Source of the DNA: Zootoca vivipara
Taxonomy: Eukaryota
Assembly (NCBI RefSeq): GCF_963506605.1
Contig: NC_083278.1
Span: forward strand, 74,834,001 to 74,898,000
Reading direction: 5' to 3'
Length of the DNA: 64,000 nucleotides
In this document: positions 63,835-64,000 of the stretch, one piece after another
Layout of the letters: the number at the start of each line of letters is the position of its first letter
How positions within the stretch are numbered: the first letter of the stretch is position 1
Position numbers and translations under genes: made by a program
Notes under the pieces: generated by a model
The model's database searches: none
What the model was told of the DNA's origin: nothing
What the model saw: the letters and a program-made list of their open reading frames with translations, nothing else

Positions 63835-64000
63835 TACAAAGCAAGGGGCAAGTAGATAAATAGGTACCGCTCCGGCGGGAAGGTAAATGGCTTTTCCATG
63901 TGCTGCTCTGGTTCGCCAGAAGCGGCTTAGTCATGCTGGCCACATGACCTGGAAGCTGTCAGCGGACAAACGCCAGCTCCCTCGGCCTATAGAGCGAGAT
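63835..64000 (+). mobile_element. Sauria SINE 3' half (runs off the window)
   Basis: caagtagataaataggtaccgctccggcgggaaggtaaa...gtcatgctggccacatgacc. Confidence 0.8.

Noticed and set aside
53300-64000. 3' exons of a neighbouring gene (NID1 lies upstream of LYST in mammals)
   Set aside because: No EGF or LDLR-repeat-like coding exons with splice sites were recognisable; the gene probably lies beyond the window.

Overview
Vertebrate genomic DNA, almost certainly a squamate and probably a lacertid lizard, judged from its Sauria SINE, BovB, CR1, L2, L1 and Penelope repeats. The left ~24 kb holds the 5' part of LYST (lysosomal trafficking regulator) on the minus strand: a CpG-island promoter with non-coding exon 1 (~24.0-24.1 kb), non-coding exon 2, and nine coding exons (3-11). 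These splice with canonical GT-AG sites into one open frame of 4038 nt (1346 codons), and the gene continues past the left edge. I found no host gene in the remaining ~40 kb, which is dense in transposons. The most notable structures are: (1) a very young Ty3/Gypsy chromovirus-type element (47760-53203) whose LTRs differ at one base, which lacks a tRNA PBS but has an 11-nt self-priming signature, has lost RT/RNase H and the integrase core, and is split by a 2.1-kb cargo-carrying hAT element; (2) three TSD-flanked Penelope mini-insertions with minimal hammerhead ribozyme motifs; (3) a 41-nt U5 snRNA retrocopy with a 20-bp TSD just downstream of a LYST splice donor; (4) a head-to-head BovB pair inside a solo LTR, where the younger copy appears to have lost the arm complementary to the older one. 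I see no well-supported wholly new gene system; these mobile-element structures are the best leads. All calls are by eye, and human LYST comparisons are from memory.
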